From a virus (taxonomy: Duplodnaviria > Caudoviricetes): a DNA stretch of 64,000 nucleotides. Shown one piece after another: positions 8,958 to 18,525 of this stretch (position 1 is the first letter of the stretch; every line of letters starts with the position of its first letter). The stretch is taken from the IMG/VR virus record IMGVR_UViG_2895791493_000001, positions 35,726-99,725 of that record. The stretch is one strand, 5' to 3'. The position numbers and the translations under genes are program-made. The notes under the pieces were generated by a model. That model ran no database searches. It saw nothing but the letters and a program-made list of their open reading frames with translations, and had not been told where the DNA came from.

Positions 8958-11900
8958 CGGAAGGCTCCTCGGTAGTTGCCGCTGCTGTCGATCAGGGGGA
9001 TGCCGTCGCGCATCAGGCGTTCGAGCGCGTCGATGTGTCGGGTCAGGACCTCGCCGTGCCTGGTCAGGATCACCTCGTGCCGCATGTACATGGCGTCGAT
9101 GCGGGTGACGGTGGCGTCGAACAGGTCGATCTTGCTGCTGTTCGCCACGATGAACGTCGCGCCGGTGACGGGGCTGCTGGCGGCATTGGCGGCGGTGCCG
9201 CCGTCCTCCGCTCCGGCGCCGTACCCCTCGAGTCCGCTGAGGGCGTCCTGGGCGGTTCCGGTCACGGCCTTGATTTCGGCGCGCAGGTCCGCCATCTCGC
9301 TGTCGCCGGATTCCCCTCGAGCCCGCGCTTCCGCGTAGGCCTTGCTGAGGGCCGCGACCTTGCTCTGCGCCAGGATGCCCTGGATCACGAGGCGGGCCGC
9401 GAACTGGTTCAGGCCCCGCTCGATCTTCTCGCTGACCTTGCTGAAGTCCCCCATGTCGAACCCTTCCAGGAGGCTGGATTCGAAGGTGTTCCCCAGCTCG
9501 CTGCCAAGCTGATCGAAGATCGTGGCGGCCTTGATCTTGAATTTCGCGGTCGCTTCGTCCAGCATCTTCGGCCCGCCGCCCGTGATCCCCCACCACGCCC
9601 GCTGGTACCACTTGCTGTTCGCCATCTGGTCCCGCGCGTTCGCGTCCGCCTGCAGGTCCTTGTAGTACGGGTTCTCCAGCCACCCGTTGTACTTGGCCTG
9701 CCCGGCCGCCTCGCGTTGCAGCTTGGCGACTTCGGCGAGGTCCTTCTTCCAGGCCTTCATGTCGGGGCTGAGATTCTCGAACGCGTCCCCGATGTTCATC
9801 AGCCATTCGACTGTGGTCATGGCCATCCCGACGAAGTCGCCGGCGAGGAACTGCCCGAACGCCTCGACGCCCAGCTGCGCGTTCTTCACGAGGTACCCGA
9901 TGACGTTGCCGTCGTCCCCCTCGGTGAACTTCCCAAGGATGGCGCCGGCCTTGTTGATGTAGCCGTTCAGGGACTGGAGTTCCTGCTGCTGCAACTGCTC
10001 GCGACTGGCGACCCCGTCGGCGGCGGCCTGGGTGCGGGCGTTCTCCAGGCGTTGCTGCGCGGCCCTGTACGCGGGAGTGCCTTCGACGAGACCTTCGATC
10101 TCACGTTCGAAGGTCCGCTGCGCCCCTTCCACCGTGAGGCGTTCGCGTTCGTTGATGTACTGGCGTTCGCTGATCAGGCGCTGGGCGCGCCGCTGCTCCA
10201 GCCCCTGGGCCGCACCGTCGGCCACGGCGTCCTCCAGGTCACGGGTGCCCTTCACGGTGTCATCCACGAGGGAGAGCAGTCGTTTGGCCGTCTCGTCTCC
10301 CGCGTCGGCCAGCACCTGCAGCTCGGCGCGGACTGCTGCCAGACCAGCGCGGAACCCGTCCATGCCCATCTCTCCGGCCGCGAACCCGTCCATCAGGGCG
10401 GTGAGGGTCTCCACGGCCGGCGTGCGCGCTTCGTCCATCGCGGCGATTTCCTGCCCCGCCTGATGGAATTCACGCCACCCGGCCGTGATGGCCTGGATCT
10501 GGTCCGGTTCGAGTCCGCTGGCGGTCAGCAGGGCGTTCAGTTCGTCCCACGGGAGGGTCAGGACGTTCTGAATGGCGTTCTCCAGGTCGAAGTAACTTTC
10601 GGCGGCGTCCTCGGCGGGCACGCCGATGCCGCGGACTTCCGCGTCGGTGGGGAACGCCTCGGTGGTGGTGGCGTTCCCGTCGGCGTCGATGCCCTGGCGT
10701 TGGCTCATCGCGCCGCTGGCCAGCAGCCCGTCCGTGATGGCGTTCGCCTGGTCGTTCAGGTACTCGCGCATCAACTTCACTAGCGGCGTCTCGCCGGTTC
10801 CGCTGGGGTCAAGTTCGTCGAGGATGGCCTGCACTTCCGCGAGGTTCAGGGCGTCCATGCGGTCCCGCAGGGACTGCGCCTCGGCGTCCGTGAGGTTCCC
10901 GGTGGCCGGGTCGTCCGGATCCAGGGACGCCACGTCCGGCACGCCCCGCCCCTGCAGGTTGTCCGGCAGTTGCGGGCCGGTGTCGATGCTGTCGTAGATG
11001 GCGTCCCACGCCGCCTGGAGGCGTTCGGCCTCGTCGGCCGCTAGGCCGGACTGCTGGATCAGGTCGGCGAGTTCGGAGCGGCTGAACTGCCCGACCACGT
11101 CGATCGCGGCGCCCAGGTCGTAGTAGCTGTCGGCGGCGTCCTCTGCGGCGACGCCGATGCCGCGCACCTCCTCCTCGGTCTTGTACAGCAGCTCCCCGGT
11201 GTTGGGGTCGACGATCGCGCCCCCGTTGGTGAGCATCCCCATCCGGAACGTCGCCTCTTCGGCCGCGCCGACCAGCCCCCAGACGCTCTTACGGGCGCCC
11301 GTGATGTACTGGTCGGTGTCCAGCCCGGCGACTTTCGCGGCGCGGCCCAGCGCGTTGAATTCCTTCACGGCCTTCTGGCGAGCCTCGGCGTCGAACGTGC
11401 CCGCCTCGGCCTGCTGACGGATGCTGTCCGCCAGCTGCGAGTACTGGCCGCGCAGGTCCCGCACGGCCTGCGCCTCCTTCTCGCGGGCCTGGGTGGTGGT
11501 CTGGGTGCGGGCGCCGCCCGCTTCGAGGACAGCCTGATCGTAGGCGCGGTTCGCGGCGGCTTCCCGTCCGGGCCGCAGCTGGGCTTCCCCGTTGCGGGCG
11601 TCGGCCAGGGCCTTGTCGCGCGTGGCGGCCGCCACCCGGATCCGGGCGGCTTCCTCGTCGCGCGCCTGCCGCTCGATCAGGGCCAGGCGCTGGGCGCTCG
11701 TGCCCTTGAACACCGCGAGTTCCTGCTGGTTCAGTTCGCGGGTGCGGGCGAGCGCGTCGGCGGCCTGCTGAATGCTCATCTGCCGGAGTTCGTTGGCGAT
11801 CCGGGCGCGCAGCGCGGCCTGTTCCTCCGCTCGGCGCTTGGCCTCCGCCGCAGCTCGCTCGGCGTCGCGATCAGCCTGTTCGGCGTCACGTTCGGCCTCT

Positions 11901-14900
11901 TGGGCTGCCTGCTTGCGGCTCTGGTACGCGGCGCCTTCCACCTGCAGCACGCCCGCCTTGGCCTTGCTCTCGCCCTGCCAGGCCTTCACGGCGTTGTCGG
12001 CCGCCAGGATGCGGGCCGCGTTGCCGCTGGCCTGCGCGGCCTCCTGGTCCTTGAGGAGTCGCAGGGCCTGCGCGCCGTGCCGGTTCAGGTCGGCCTGCGT
12101 GACGATGTAGTCCTCGGAGGTTTTTTTTAGGGTGCTCTGCGCGGCGTTGACGGCCGTGAGGGCACGGGCGTTGGTGTCGGACTTCTCGCCCCAGTCCTTG
12201 GCTTTCTCCTTCGCGCTGTCGAGGGCCTTGATCAGGGCGACGTTCTTGGGGTCGGCGTTGAGGGCCTTCTGGGCCTTGTCGATGGCGGCATTCAGGGCCT
12301 GGGCCTGGGCGATCTGAGCGGCAGTCAGGCCAGCGTACGCGGCAGCGGGCGGCGGGACCCCGGCCGGGGCTTTCTCGGTACCCAGCACCTGCGGGACGCT
12401 GACGAACCCGGCGACGGTGCCGAGGCTGCTCATCTTCTCGGTGCTGACGACGCCGCGACCGTTCTGCACGCCCCACTGGTTGTTGCCGCGCACCATGTCC
12501 ACGCCGTTCTGTTTCCCGACGTAGATCCCGATGTGGTTGTCGTCGTAGATGACGACGTCGCCGGGTTTGAGTTTGCTCATGTCGCGGTTCAGGACGCCTG
12601 ACGCGATGGCCTTGTTCTTGACGACGTCGGCGGACGCGCCGCCGAACAGCTTCTCGATTTCCTTGCTGGCGGCCGGGTCGGCCTTCTGCAAGGTGAGCTT
12701 CACCCAGCGGGCGCACCAGCCGGCCACGGTGTCCGCGACGTTGTTGCCGGTCTTACCGAGGAGGGCCTGTCCGACAATGTCGCTCCGCAAGCCCTCCAGG
12801 GTGCCGGTGGCGATGGGCGTTCCTGTCGCAGGCGCGAGGGGTCCGGTAGGATTCTTGATGCCAGCCTGGAAGCGTGCGTCGTTCTCAAGAGCGAGCTTGA
12901 GCCACTCCGCGTAGTTCCGCTCGATGTCCTTTCGCTGGGCGAGGGCGCCGCCGGGCGTGTTCGGCGTTTCGATCAGCCCGCCGCGCTGAAGGGACTGCTG
13001 CAGCGCGGACACGTTCATCTGCTGGCCTATAGCCATGCCGCCCGCGATGGGCATGCCGAGCAGGCTCAGGATGTTCCCGGTGGCGTTGTCTCCGGGGGTG
13101 AACAGGACACTGAGTTTCACGGTCCCGGTCTCTTTCATCTGCTGGAGCTTCTCGAACAGGGTTCCGAGATCCTTGAGCAGCGGGGTCATGGTGTTCGTCA
13201 GGAAGCTGGCCAGGGGGTCCGCGAAGGTCTTCACGAACTCGCCGCCGGCTTCTGCGAACGCGTTCTTCACGCGATTCATGGCGGGCGCGACGCCCTGCTG
13301 CATGGTTTCGCTGTACTCGATCAGGTACCCGTTGCTGTCCTGGACCTGCGCGCCGTACTTCTTCCAGTCGCCGGTCAGGTTGATCACGGCGGCCGCGGCG
13401 CGGTTGTCCATCAGACTGCTGACGGTGCGCAGGGCCTCGCCGTTTCCGGAGAGGGTGCCGGTGGTCTTGTCGACCACGATGCCCATGCCGCGCATCTTCA
13501 CGCCGAGGTCGATCATGATGTCACCGGCCGGGCGGGCCTTCCCAGCGGCGTCATCAATGTCAATTCCGAGGCCTTTCAGAACACCCTGGCCCTTGAGTGT
13601 GATGTCGGCCAGGGCGGAGAGCGCGGCGCGCAGGCCGTTGGCGCCCACGTCGGCGGCGGACATGCCCTTGTTGTCGAGTTCGACCAGCATGCCGAGCAGG
13701 TCGTACATCTCGATTTTCGCCTGGTAACCGGTGCCGCCGACGATGCCCAGGCCGATGCTGAGGTCGTTGGCCGTGCCGGCGGCGAGGTTGCCGGACTTCG
13801 CGAGCATATCGCCCACGCGGGCGGCCTCGCCGATGTCCTTGCTGTACTGGCGGATGTTCTTCAACAGCAGGCCGCTGGCGTCGTTCAGGCCGATCTGTTC
13901 TGCGGCGGCAAGGCGGCTGCTGCTGGCCATCAGTGTCAGCGCGGAGTCCGCGTCGACGCCCGCTTTGATGGTGTCAGCGAGGCTGTTGACCAGGTCCCCG
14001 CGACTGAACGATTCTCCGACGAGGCCGAGCTTCTCCTGGAGGCTCTTGACGCTGTCCTCAATGGCTCCAAGGTCCTTGACGCCGTTGGCCTGGAGGATGT
14101 TGAGGCCCTGCTGGAGTTTCTTGATCTCGCCCATGCCGGTGGCGCCCAGGGCGACGAGCGCACCGCCCGCCATGAGACCGGCCGCGCCGACCCCGGCCAT
14201 GGCGAGCGCAGCGGGTCCGGCGGTCGCCTGGATGGACCGGAACATGGCGACCATGGCGGCGCCCTGGGCGACGATCATCCCGAACTGCCCGCCCAGCGCA
14301 CTGAAGCTGTTCACGACGCCGCCGCTGAGGCCAGCGTGGTTGATGTTGCCGTTGATGGTGTTCGCCTCGCGCGCCAGGCGCTGGAGTTCGCGGTTGACCT
14401 GCCCGAGCTGCTGCACGGTGAGCTCGCTACTGGAGCGGATGGCCTGGAGGCGCGCGATGATCGTGGCGGACGCGGCGCTGTACGTGGCCTGCGCGGCGTT
14501 GAACGCGGCGCTGTTGCGGTCGACGCCAGCGGTGGCCTGGTCGAACGCGGCGCGCATGGCTCCGGCGTCGGTCCGGATTCGCTGCAGGGTGTCGGTGTTG
14601 ATGCTGCGCAGGCTGCGGGTGATGCGGGTGATCCCGGCGTCCGCCTGCGCGAACTCGCGCGTGCCGACGCCAGCGGCGGCCGCTGCGGCCTGAAGGCGGG
14701 TCTGCACGGCGGTCAGCTCACGGGCGTAGTCGGCCGCGTTGATCTGGCCTCGCGTCCAGAGGTTGTTCAGGCGCTCCAGTTCCGCGAGGTCGGCGCGGGT
14801 GGCCGGGTTGAGCCCTCCGCTGCCGCCCGCTCCGCCACCGCCGGGCGGAGTAGGACCAGGACCGGGGCGTGGGCCGGCGCCGAGCGCGCGCAGCTGGCTG

Positions 14901-15307
14901 ATCAGGGATTGCAGGGCGAGGATGTTGGTGTGGATGTCGCTGTTCAGGGCGCTGAGGGCCGTGGTGTTCACGGTGACCACGTACTGGGTGTTCGTGCCGA
15001 TGCTGCCCAGCAGGGCCCGCAGGGTGTTGACGTCGTTCTGCACCTGCGCCTGGTCCGCGACCTTGACCTTCAGGTTCACGGTGCGGCTGCTCAGGCGCCG
15101 GAGCTCCTGGTCAAGCGCGGCCGTGTCGAATCTCAGGCGGACGGTGGCGGTCTTGTCACGCAGGTTGCCCAGCACGTCGCCGTTCCGTTTGATCTGGTCC
15201 TGCACGCGCAGGAGGTCGGTCAGGCTCCGCTGGAATCGCTCCAGGCCGGCCACGCCGGTGCTGCGGGCGGCGAGGGTGTACGTGACGGTGCGGGTCGCTG
15301 CGGTCAA
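8954..15307 (-). CDS. Tape measure protein with internal CHAP/NlpC-P60-like peptidase domain
   Basis: ~2117 aa, Ala-rich helical; TP901-like core (GMSAADVGANGLRAAL); WCARWV...KPGDVVIYDDNHIGIYVG...RGNN; TTG start with SD GGAGGT. Confidence 0.92.
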   Translation of the reverse strand: MTAATRTVTYTLAARSTGVAGLERFQRSLTDLLRVQDQIKRNGDVLGNLRDKTATVRLRFDTAALDQELRRLSSRTVNLKVKVADQAQVQNDVNTLRALLGSIGTNTQYVVTVNTTALSALNSDIHTNILALQSLISQLRALGAGPRPGPGPTPPGGGGAGGSGGLNPATRADLAELERLNNLWTRGQINAADYARELTAVQTRLQAAAAAAGVGTREFAQADAGITRITRSLRSINTDTLQRIRTDAGAMRAAFDQATAGVDRNSAAFNAAQATYSAASATIIARLQAIRSSSELTVQQLGQVNRELQRLAREANTINGNINHAGLSGGVVNSFSALGGQFGMIVAQGAAMVAMFRSIQATAGPAALAMAGVGAAGLMAGGALVALGATGMGEIKKLQQGLNILQANGVKDLGAIEDSVKSLQEKLGLVGESFSRGDLVNSLADTIKAGVDADSALTLMASSSRLAAAEQIGLNDASGLLLKNIRQYSKDIGEAARVGDMLAKSGNLAAGTANDLSIGLGIVGGTGYQAKIEMYDLLGMLVELDNKGMSAADVGANGLRAALSALADITLKGQGVLKGLGIDIDDAAGKARPAGDIMIDLGVKMRGMGIVVDKTTGTLSGNGEALRTVSSLMDNRAAAAVINLTGDWKKYGAQVQDSNGYLIEYSETMQQGVAPAMNRVKNAFAEAGGEFVKTFADPLASFLTNTMTPLLKDLGTLFEKLQQMKETGTVKLSVLFTPGDNATGNILSLLGMPIAGGMAIGQQMNVSALQQSLQRGGLIETPNTPGGALAQRKDIERNYAEWLKLALENDARFQAGIKNPTGPLAPATGTPIATGTLEGLRSDIVGQALLGKTGNNVADTVAGWCARWVKLTLQKADPAASKEIEKLFGGASADVVKNKAIASGVLNRDMSKLKPGDVVIYDDNHIGIYVGKQNGVDMVRGNNQWGVQNGRGVVSTEKMSSLGTVAGFVSVPQVLGTEKAPAGVPPPAAAYAGLTAAQIAQAQALNAAIDKAQKALNADPKNVALIKALDSAKEKAKDWGEKSDTNARALTAVNAAQSTLKKTSEDYIVTQADLNRHGAQALRLLKDQEAAQASGNAARILAADNAVKAWQGESKAKAGVLQVEGAAYQSRKQAAQEAERDAEQADRDAERAAAEAKRRAEEQAALRARIANELRQMSIQQAADALARTRELNQQELAVFKGTSAQRLALIERQARDEEAARIRVAAATRDKALADARNGEAQLRPGREAAANRAYDQAVLEAGGARTQTTTQAREKEAQAVRDLRGQYSQLADSIRQQAEAGTFDAEARQKAVKEFNALGRAAKVAGLDTDQYITGARKSVWGLVGAAEEATFRMGMLTNGGAIVDPNTGELLYKTEEEVRGIGVAAEDAADSYYDLGAAIDVVGQFSRSELADLIQQSGLAADEAERLQAAWDAIYDSIDTGPQLPDNLQGRGVPDVASLDPDDPATGNLTDAEAQSLRDRMDALNLAEVQAILDELDPSGTGETPLVKLMREYLNDQANAITDGLLASGAMSQRQGIDADGNATTTEAFPTDAEVRGIGVPAEDAAESYFDLENAIQNVLTLPWDELNALLTASGLEPDQIQAITAGWREFHQAGQEIAAMDEARTPAVETLTALMDGFAAGEMGMDGFRAGLAAVRAELQVLADAGDETAKRLLSLVDDTVKGTRDLEDAVADGAAQGLEQRRAQRLISERQYINERERLTVEGAQRTFEREIEGLVEGTPAYRAAQQRLENARTQAAADGVASREQLQQQELQSLNGYINKAGAILGKFTEGDDGNVIGYLVKNAQLGVEAFGQFLAGDFVGMAMTTVEWLMNIGDAFENLSPDMKAWKKDLAEVAKLQREAAGQAKYNGWLENPYYKDLQADANARDQMANSKWYQRAWWGITGGGPKMLDEATAKFKIKAATIFDQLGSELGNTFESSLLEGFDMGDFSKVSEKIERGLNQFAARLVIQGILAQSKVAALSKAYAEARARGESGDSEMADLRAEIKAVTGTAQDALSGLEGYGAGAEDGGTAANAASSPVTGATFIVANSSKIDLFDATVTRIDAMYMRHEVILTRHGEVLTRHIDALERLMRDGIPLIDSSGNYRGAFR

Positions 15308-15378
15308 GTGGAGGCCACCTCCTCGGTGGTGCATGGAAAAGCCGCCCGTGGGGGGCGGCGTCCGTGTTAGAAGGGGGC

Positions 15379-15738
15379 GTGGAAACGACGTTCTATGAGG
15401 GTCCGGGGGTGACGGTCACGCAAACGCGGTTCGTGTCGGGCCGGGAGACGTACGCGATTGCGGGGATCACGTCCGTGTCGGTGGCGCGTGAGCCGACGCT
15501 ATGGACGGGTCCGGCGCTGCTGATCATCGCGGGGCTGGCCGCGTGGGCGTCGAGTTCGTGGATGATCGGCGTGCCGGCCGTGATGGTCGGGGTGCTGTGG
15601 GGCCTGTTGCAGCCGCGTGACTGGGTGGTCAGCATCCGGACTGCGTCGGGTGAGGTGAAGGCCCTGACGGATCGGAGTGAGAAGCGCGTGCAGGCCGTGG
15701 TGGACGCTATCAGCCGGGCGATTGTCGCGCGGGGGTAG
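15379..15738 (+). CDS. Small membrane protein, DUF6232-like moron
   Basis: VTVTQTRFVSGRETYAIAGITSV followed by 2 TM segments; opposite strand to the tail operon. Confidence 0.65.
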   Translation: METTFYEGPGVTVTQTRFVSGRETYAIAGITSVSVAREPTLWTGPALLIIAGLAAWASSSWMIGVPAVMVGVLWGLLQPRDWVVSIRTASGEVKALTDRSEKRVQAVVDAISRAIVARG

Positions 15739-15740
15739 CG

Positions 15741-15917
15741 TCAGCTTTTGGGTTTGTTGCTGAGGTCCCAGGCTTCGCGGTAGGCGCTGCGGCCCTGCGC
15801 GAACGTCCACACGGCTGCCTGCCACGCGAGTTCATCGACGTAGCAGTGCGCGACCTGCAGGGCGGGGCTGCCGTACCCGCCGCCCATGCCGCCGCTGCTC
15901 ATGGCGTGGAGGGTCAT
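15741..15917 (-). CDS. Small ORF after tail chaperone (gpT-like position)
   Basis: 58 aa MTLHAMSSGG...AWDLSNKPKS, in -1 frame with ATGA overlap; not in ORF track. Confidence 0.5.
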   Translation of the reverse strand: MTLHAMSSGGMGGGYGSPALQVAHCYVDELAWQAAVWTFAQGRSAYREAWDLSNKPKS

Positions 15918-16417
15918 GGCGGCACGGAGTTCCCGCTGGGTGAGTCCGGCGATTCAGGTACCTCCCGGCCCCACGTGACCAGTTCGCGGGCCAGGGCGGT
16001 CCGGTACGGTCCGAGGATGGTCCCGGCGTCCTCGAAGGTGGGGCTGAGCATGCCGAGGTCGAGGAGGGCTTCCTCGACGGCGATTTCCAGGGCGACGGTG
16101 TGGGCGCGCCATTCGCCGTCGTCGGGCAGGGTGTCGTCGAAGGGCGCGGGGTCGCCGGGTTTGTGACTGGCCGCTTCGGCGGCAGCCAGGGCTTTCTGCG
16201 CCTCGGCGTTGAACCAGTTCGCGTACGCGTAGTACCCGTCGCGGCCCAGCGCGGCGTACAGCAGGTTCGCGCGAATGTCGCGGGCCGGCACGCGGGCCAG
16301 GAGGAACGCGAGGGCGCCGGGCGTGCCGGGCGGGACGCTGCGGGCGGTGTCGCCGTCGGCGAGCAGGTGGACGGTGCGGGTGTTCTGTGCCCGGAGGGCG
16401 GCGAGGGTTTCGTTCAT
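15914..16417 (-). CDS. Tail assembly chaperone (putative)
   Basis: Between major tail and tape measure genes; acidic and helical. Confidence 0.6.
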   Translation of the reverse strand: MNETLAALRAQNTRTVHLLADGDTARSVPPGTPGALAFLLARVPARDIRANLLYAALGRDGYYAYANWFNAEAQKALAAAEAASHKPGDPAPFDDTLPDDGEWRAHTVALEIAVEEALLDLGMLSPTFEDAGTILGPYRTALARELVTWGREVPESPDSPSGNSVPP

Positions 16418-16492
16418 GGGCCTGCCTGTGTGTGGTCGGTGACGGCCCGCGATGGCGTCACCGGTGAGCAGGACGCGCGCCCCATGGTCGGC

Positions 16493-16840
16493 GGGCAGCG
16501 CGCGCCCTGTCGCGGGCGGAAGGTCAGGGTCTTATGGCTCCGCTGGGCAGTCCAGCCGCGCCCTCCTCGAGGAGGTTCATGCAGGAAGGCCTCGTTCCGG
16601 AGGGCGCATGAGGTCGGCCAGGACTCGCCGGAGGCCCGCTTCCGGGTGCGGGTCGCCCAGCTGGTGCAGGGCGTCCAGCAGCAGGTCGGCCGAGATGCAG
16701 GCAGCGTGGGCGTCGGCGGCGCGGCGCTCCAGTTCGGCAGCGATGACATGGGGTGAAATCATGACTCTCCTGTTGGGTGGTAACCCCGCGCACGAAAAGG
16801 GGCAGCGCGCGCCCTGTCGCGGGCGGGGGGGGTCAGGGTC
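16493..16840. repeat. Direct repeat GGGCAGCGCGCGCCCTGTCGCGGGCGG...GGTCAGGGTC (two copies, ~16493 and ~16800)
   Basis: Read directly. Confidence 0.85.
16577..16762 (-). CDS. Hypothetical 61-aa protein in repeat-flanked insert
   Basis: SD AGGAG, helical composition. Confidence 0.5.
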   Translation of the reverse strand: MISPHVIAAELERRAADAHAACISADLLLDALHQLGDPHPEAGLRRVLADLMRPPERGLPA

Positions 16841-17810
16841 AGGTGTCTTTGGTCTTGATGCTGAACGGGCTGACGCCGGGCGTCTGGTTGCGGGCGCGGA
16901 GCGTGGCGGTCGTGCGGACCCGGCCGGGGCTGACGGGCACTTCGCGGGCGCTGACCTGCACCTGGGCGGTGATCTCGATCAGTTTGGTGGTGCCGACGGC
17001 GAGTTTCCAGACGAGGGTGGTGAAGGCCTTGCTCTTGCCGAGCGCGAGGATGGCTTCGACGGGCCGGGCGAAGCTCATGCCGAATTCCGCGCCGATGGGC
17101 TGCTCGCTGGGCGCGAAGCCGCTGACGAACTCGCCGTTGGCGGGCAGGGGTTCGACGGGGTTGTACAGGCGGGCGGTGCTGGTGCTGTCGGGGACGTAGG
17201 AGATGCCGCCGATGGTGACGGTGTGTTCCAGTCGGCCCAGGCCGCCGCTGTAGCCGGGGATGACGGGCACGATGGGCGCGAAGGGCGCGATGGGCGCACC
17301 TTCGGGGTGCCGGACGCCCTTGGCTGCGTGGAAGGAGTACTGGGCGGTGACGTACTCGGTGCGCTGCTCAGGGACGGTCAGGAGCATCTCGTGCAGCTGG
17401 CCGTCGGTGATCTGCACGTGGCCGGCGCCGGGGACGTACCACTGACCGCTGAACGCGGTGAGCGGGAAGTACTCGGCCCACTGGGTGCTGTCGACGGGCG
17501 TGATGACGCCCTGCGCGTCCGGCGTGCCGAACATGGCCTTCATGGCCAGGATGACGTCGGCGGCGGTCGCTTCGGTGGTGACGCTGCGGCCCTGGTAGTC
17601 GCTGCCGGCGTACTCGGCGGGGTTCTCGAACGCGTTGCCCCGGAAAGCCTGGCTCATGCGTTCCAGGTCGTCGGGCAGGAAGCCGCTGCCGCCCGTTTCG
17701 CGCAGGAAGTGGGTGGGGGGGACGTACACGCCGGGTTCGGTCTGGAGGGCCATGCCGAAGTGGCCGCGGCGGCCCTGGTTGCGGATGGCGGTGTTGGCGG
17801 TGAAGGTCAT
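16839..17810 (-). CDS. Major tail (tube) protein
   Basis: 323 aa, position after neck genes, GMALQTEPGVYVPPTHF N-terminus, beta-rich. Confidence 0.75.
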   Translation of the reverse strand: MTFTANTAIRNQGRRGHFGMALQTEPGVYVPPTHFLRETGGSGFLPDDLERMSQAFRGNAFENPAEYAGSDYQGRSVTTEATAADVILAMKAMFGTPDAQGVITPVDSTQWAEYFPLTAFSGQWYVPGAGHVQITDGQLHEMLLTVPEQRTEYVTAQYSFHAAKGVRHPEGAPIAPFAPIVPVIPGYSGGLGRLEHTVTIGGISYVPDSTSTARLYNPVEPLPANGEFVSGFAPSEQPIGAEFGMSFARPVEAILALGKSKAFTTLVWKLAVGTTKLIEITAQVQVSAREVPVSPGRVRTTATLRARNQTPGVSPFSIKTKDT

Positions 17811-18073
17811 GCGGTCTCCTCGGCGGGCGCGGTGGCCTCGTCTTCAACGGGCGCAGTGGCTTTGGCGGTCGTCCGTTCGAAGTGCCCGGTTTTCAGGATG
17901 GCCTGGGCGTGGGCGGCGCTGTCGGGCGCAATGACGATGCCAGGGGCCACCTGCACGGGCGGGTAGCCTTTCAGGGGGACGACGCCGGTGGTCTGACTGG
18001 TGTAAGCGAGGTTCTCGCCGCGCGGCTCCGGGGTTTTCTGGGCGGCTGCCGGTTCGGGCTTGGTCTTGGTCAT
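17807..18073 (-). CDS. Hypothetical virion-region protein
   Basis: Coupled overlaps on both sides. Confidence 0.6.
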   Translation of the reverse strand: MTKTKPEPAAAQKTPEPRGENLAYTSQTTGVVPLKGYPPVQVAPGIVIAPDSAAHAQAILKTGHFERTTAKATAPVEDEATAPAEETA

Positions 18074-18525
18074 GGGGTCTCCGTGATGGTCAGGTCGACC
18101 TCGAGGGTGAAGTCGAACGCGAGGGTCAGGACGGGCGGGAGGCCCGCTTCGACCGGGACGGGGTTCAGGAACCAGTTGCTGGGCGCGCCGCCCAGACCCC
18201 GGAATGCGGGGTTGCCCTGCACGTCGGGGAGGCGGTCGAAGCTGGTCAGCGCGCGGAACACGGCCGCCTCGTCCTTGAACGTTTTGCTCTGGTCGGTTTC
18301 GGCGGCGTAGTGCACGGCGATGTAGCCCTGGTACGCGCGGGGCACGAGCAGGCCGCCGCTGCCCCAGCCGCCGCCGGGGCTGTCCTGGCCGGCCGTGATC
18401 ACGAACTCGGACGTCCCGCCCCTGAGTTCCTTGCTGGCGAGCGGGCGGGGCGTCAGGCCGGGCAGGTTCGCCTGGGTCCTGACGTGCTGGTACAGCAGGC
18501 GGAACAGTGGGGCGGGGTCGATCAC
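18070..18525 (-). CDS. Tail terminator-like protein
   Basis: Position, ~151 aa, GTG start overlapping upstream stop. Confidence 0.55.
   Translation of the reverse strand: MIDPAPLFRLLYQHVRTQANLPGLTPRPLASKELRGGTSEFVITAGQDSPGGGWGSGGLLVPRAYQGYIAVHYAAETDQSKTFKDEAAVFRALTSFDRLPDVQGNPAFRGLGGAPSNWFLNPVPVEAGLPPVLTLAFDFTLEVDLTITETP

Noticed and set aside
8958-9806. ORF-track N-terminal extension of the 818-aa ORF, and similar long Arg/Gly-rich ORFs (e.g. 23699-24730, 45538-47697, 24971-26956)
   Set aside because: Shadow frames overlapping well-supported genes in high-GC DNA.
16493-16840. Repeat plus phage-derived fragment read as a mini-CRISPR
   Set aside because: Only two repeats ~300 bp apart with an ORF between them; no cas genes; better explained as a recombination scar.
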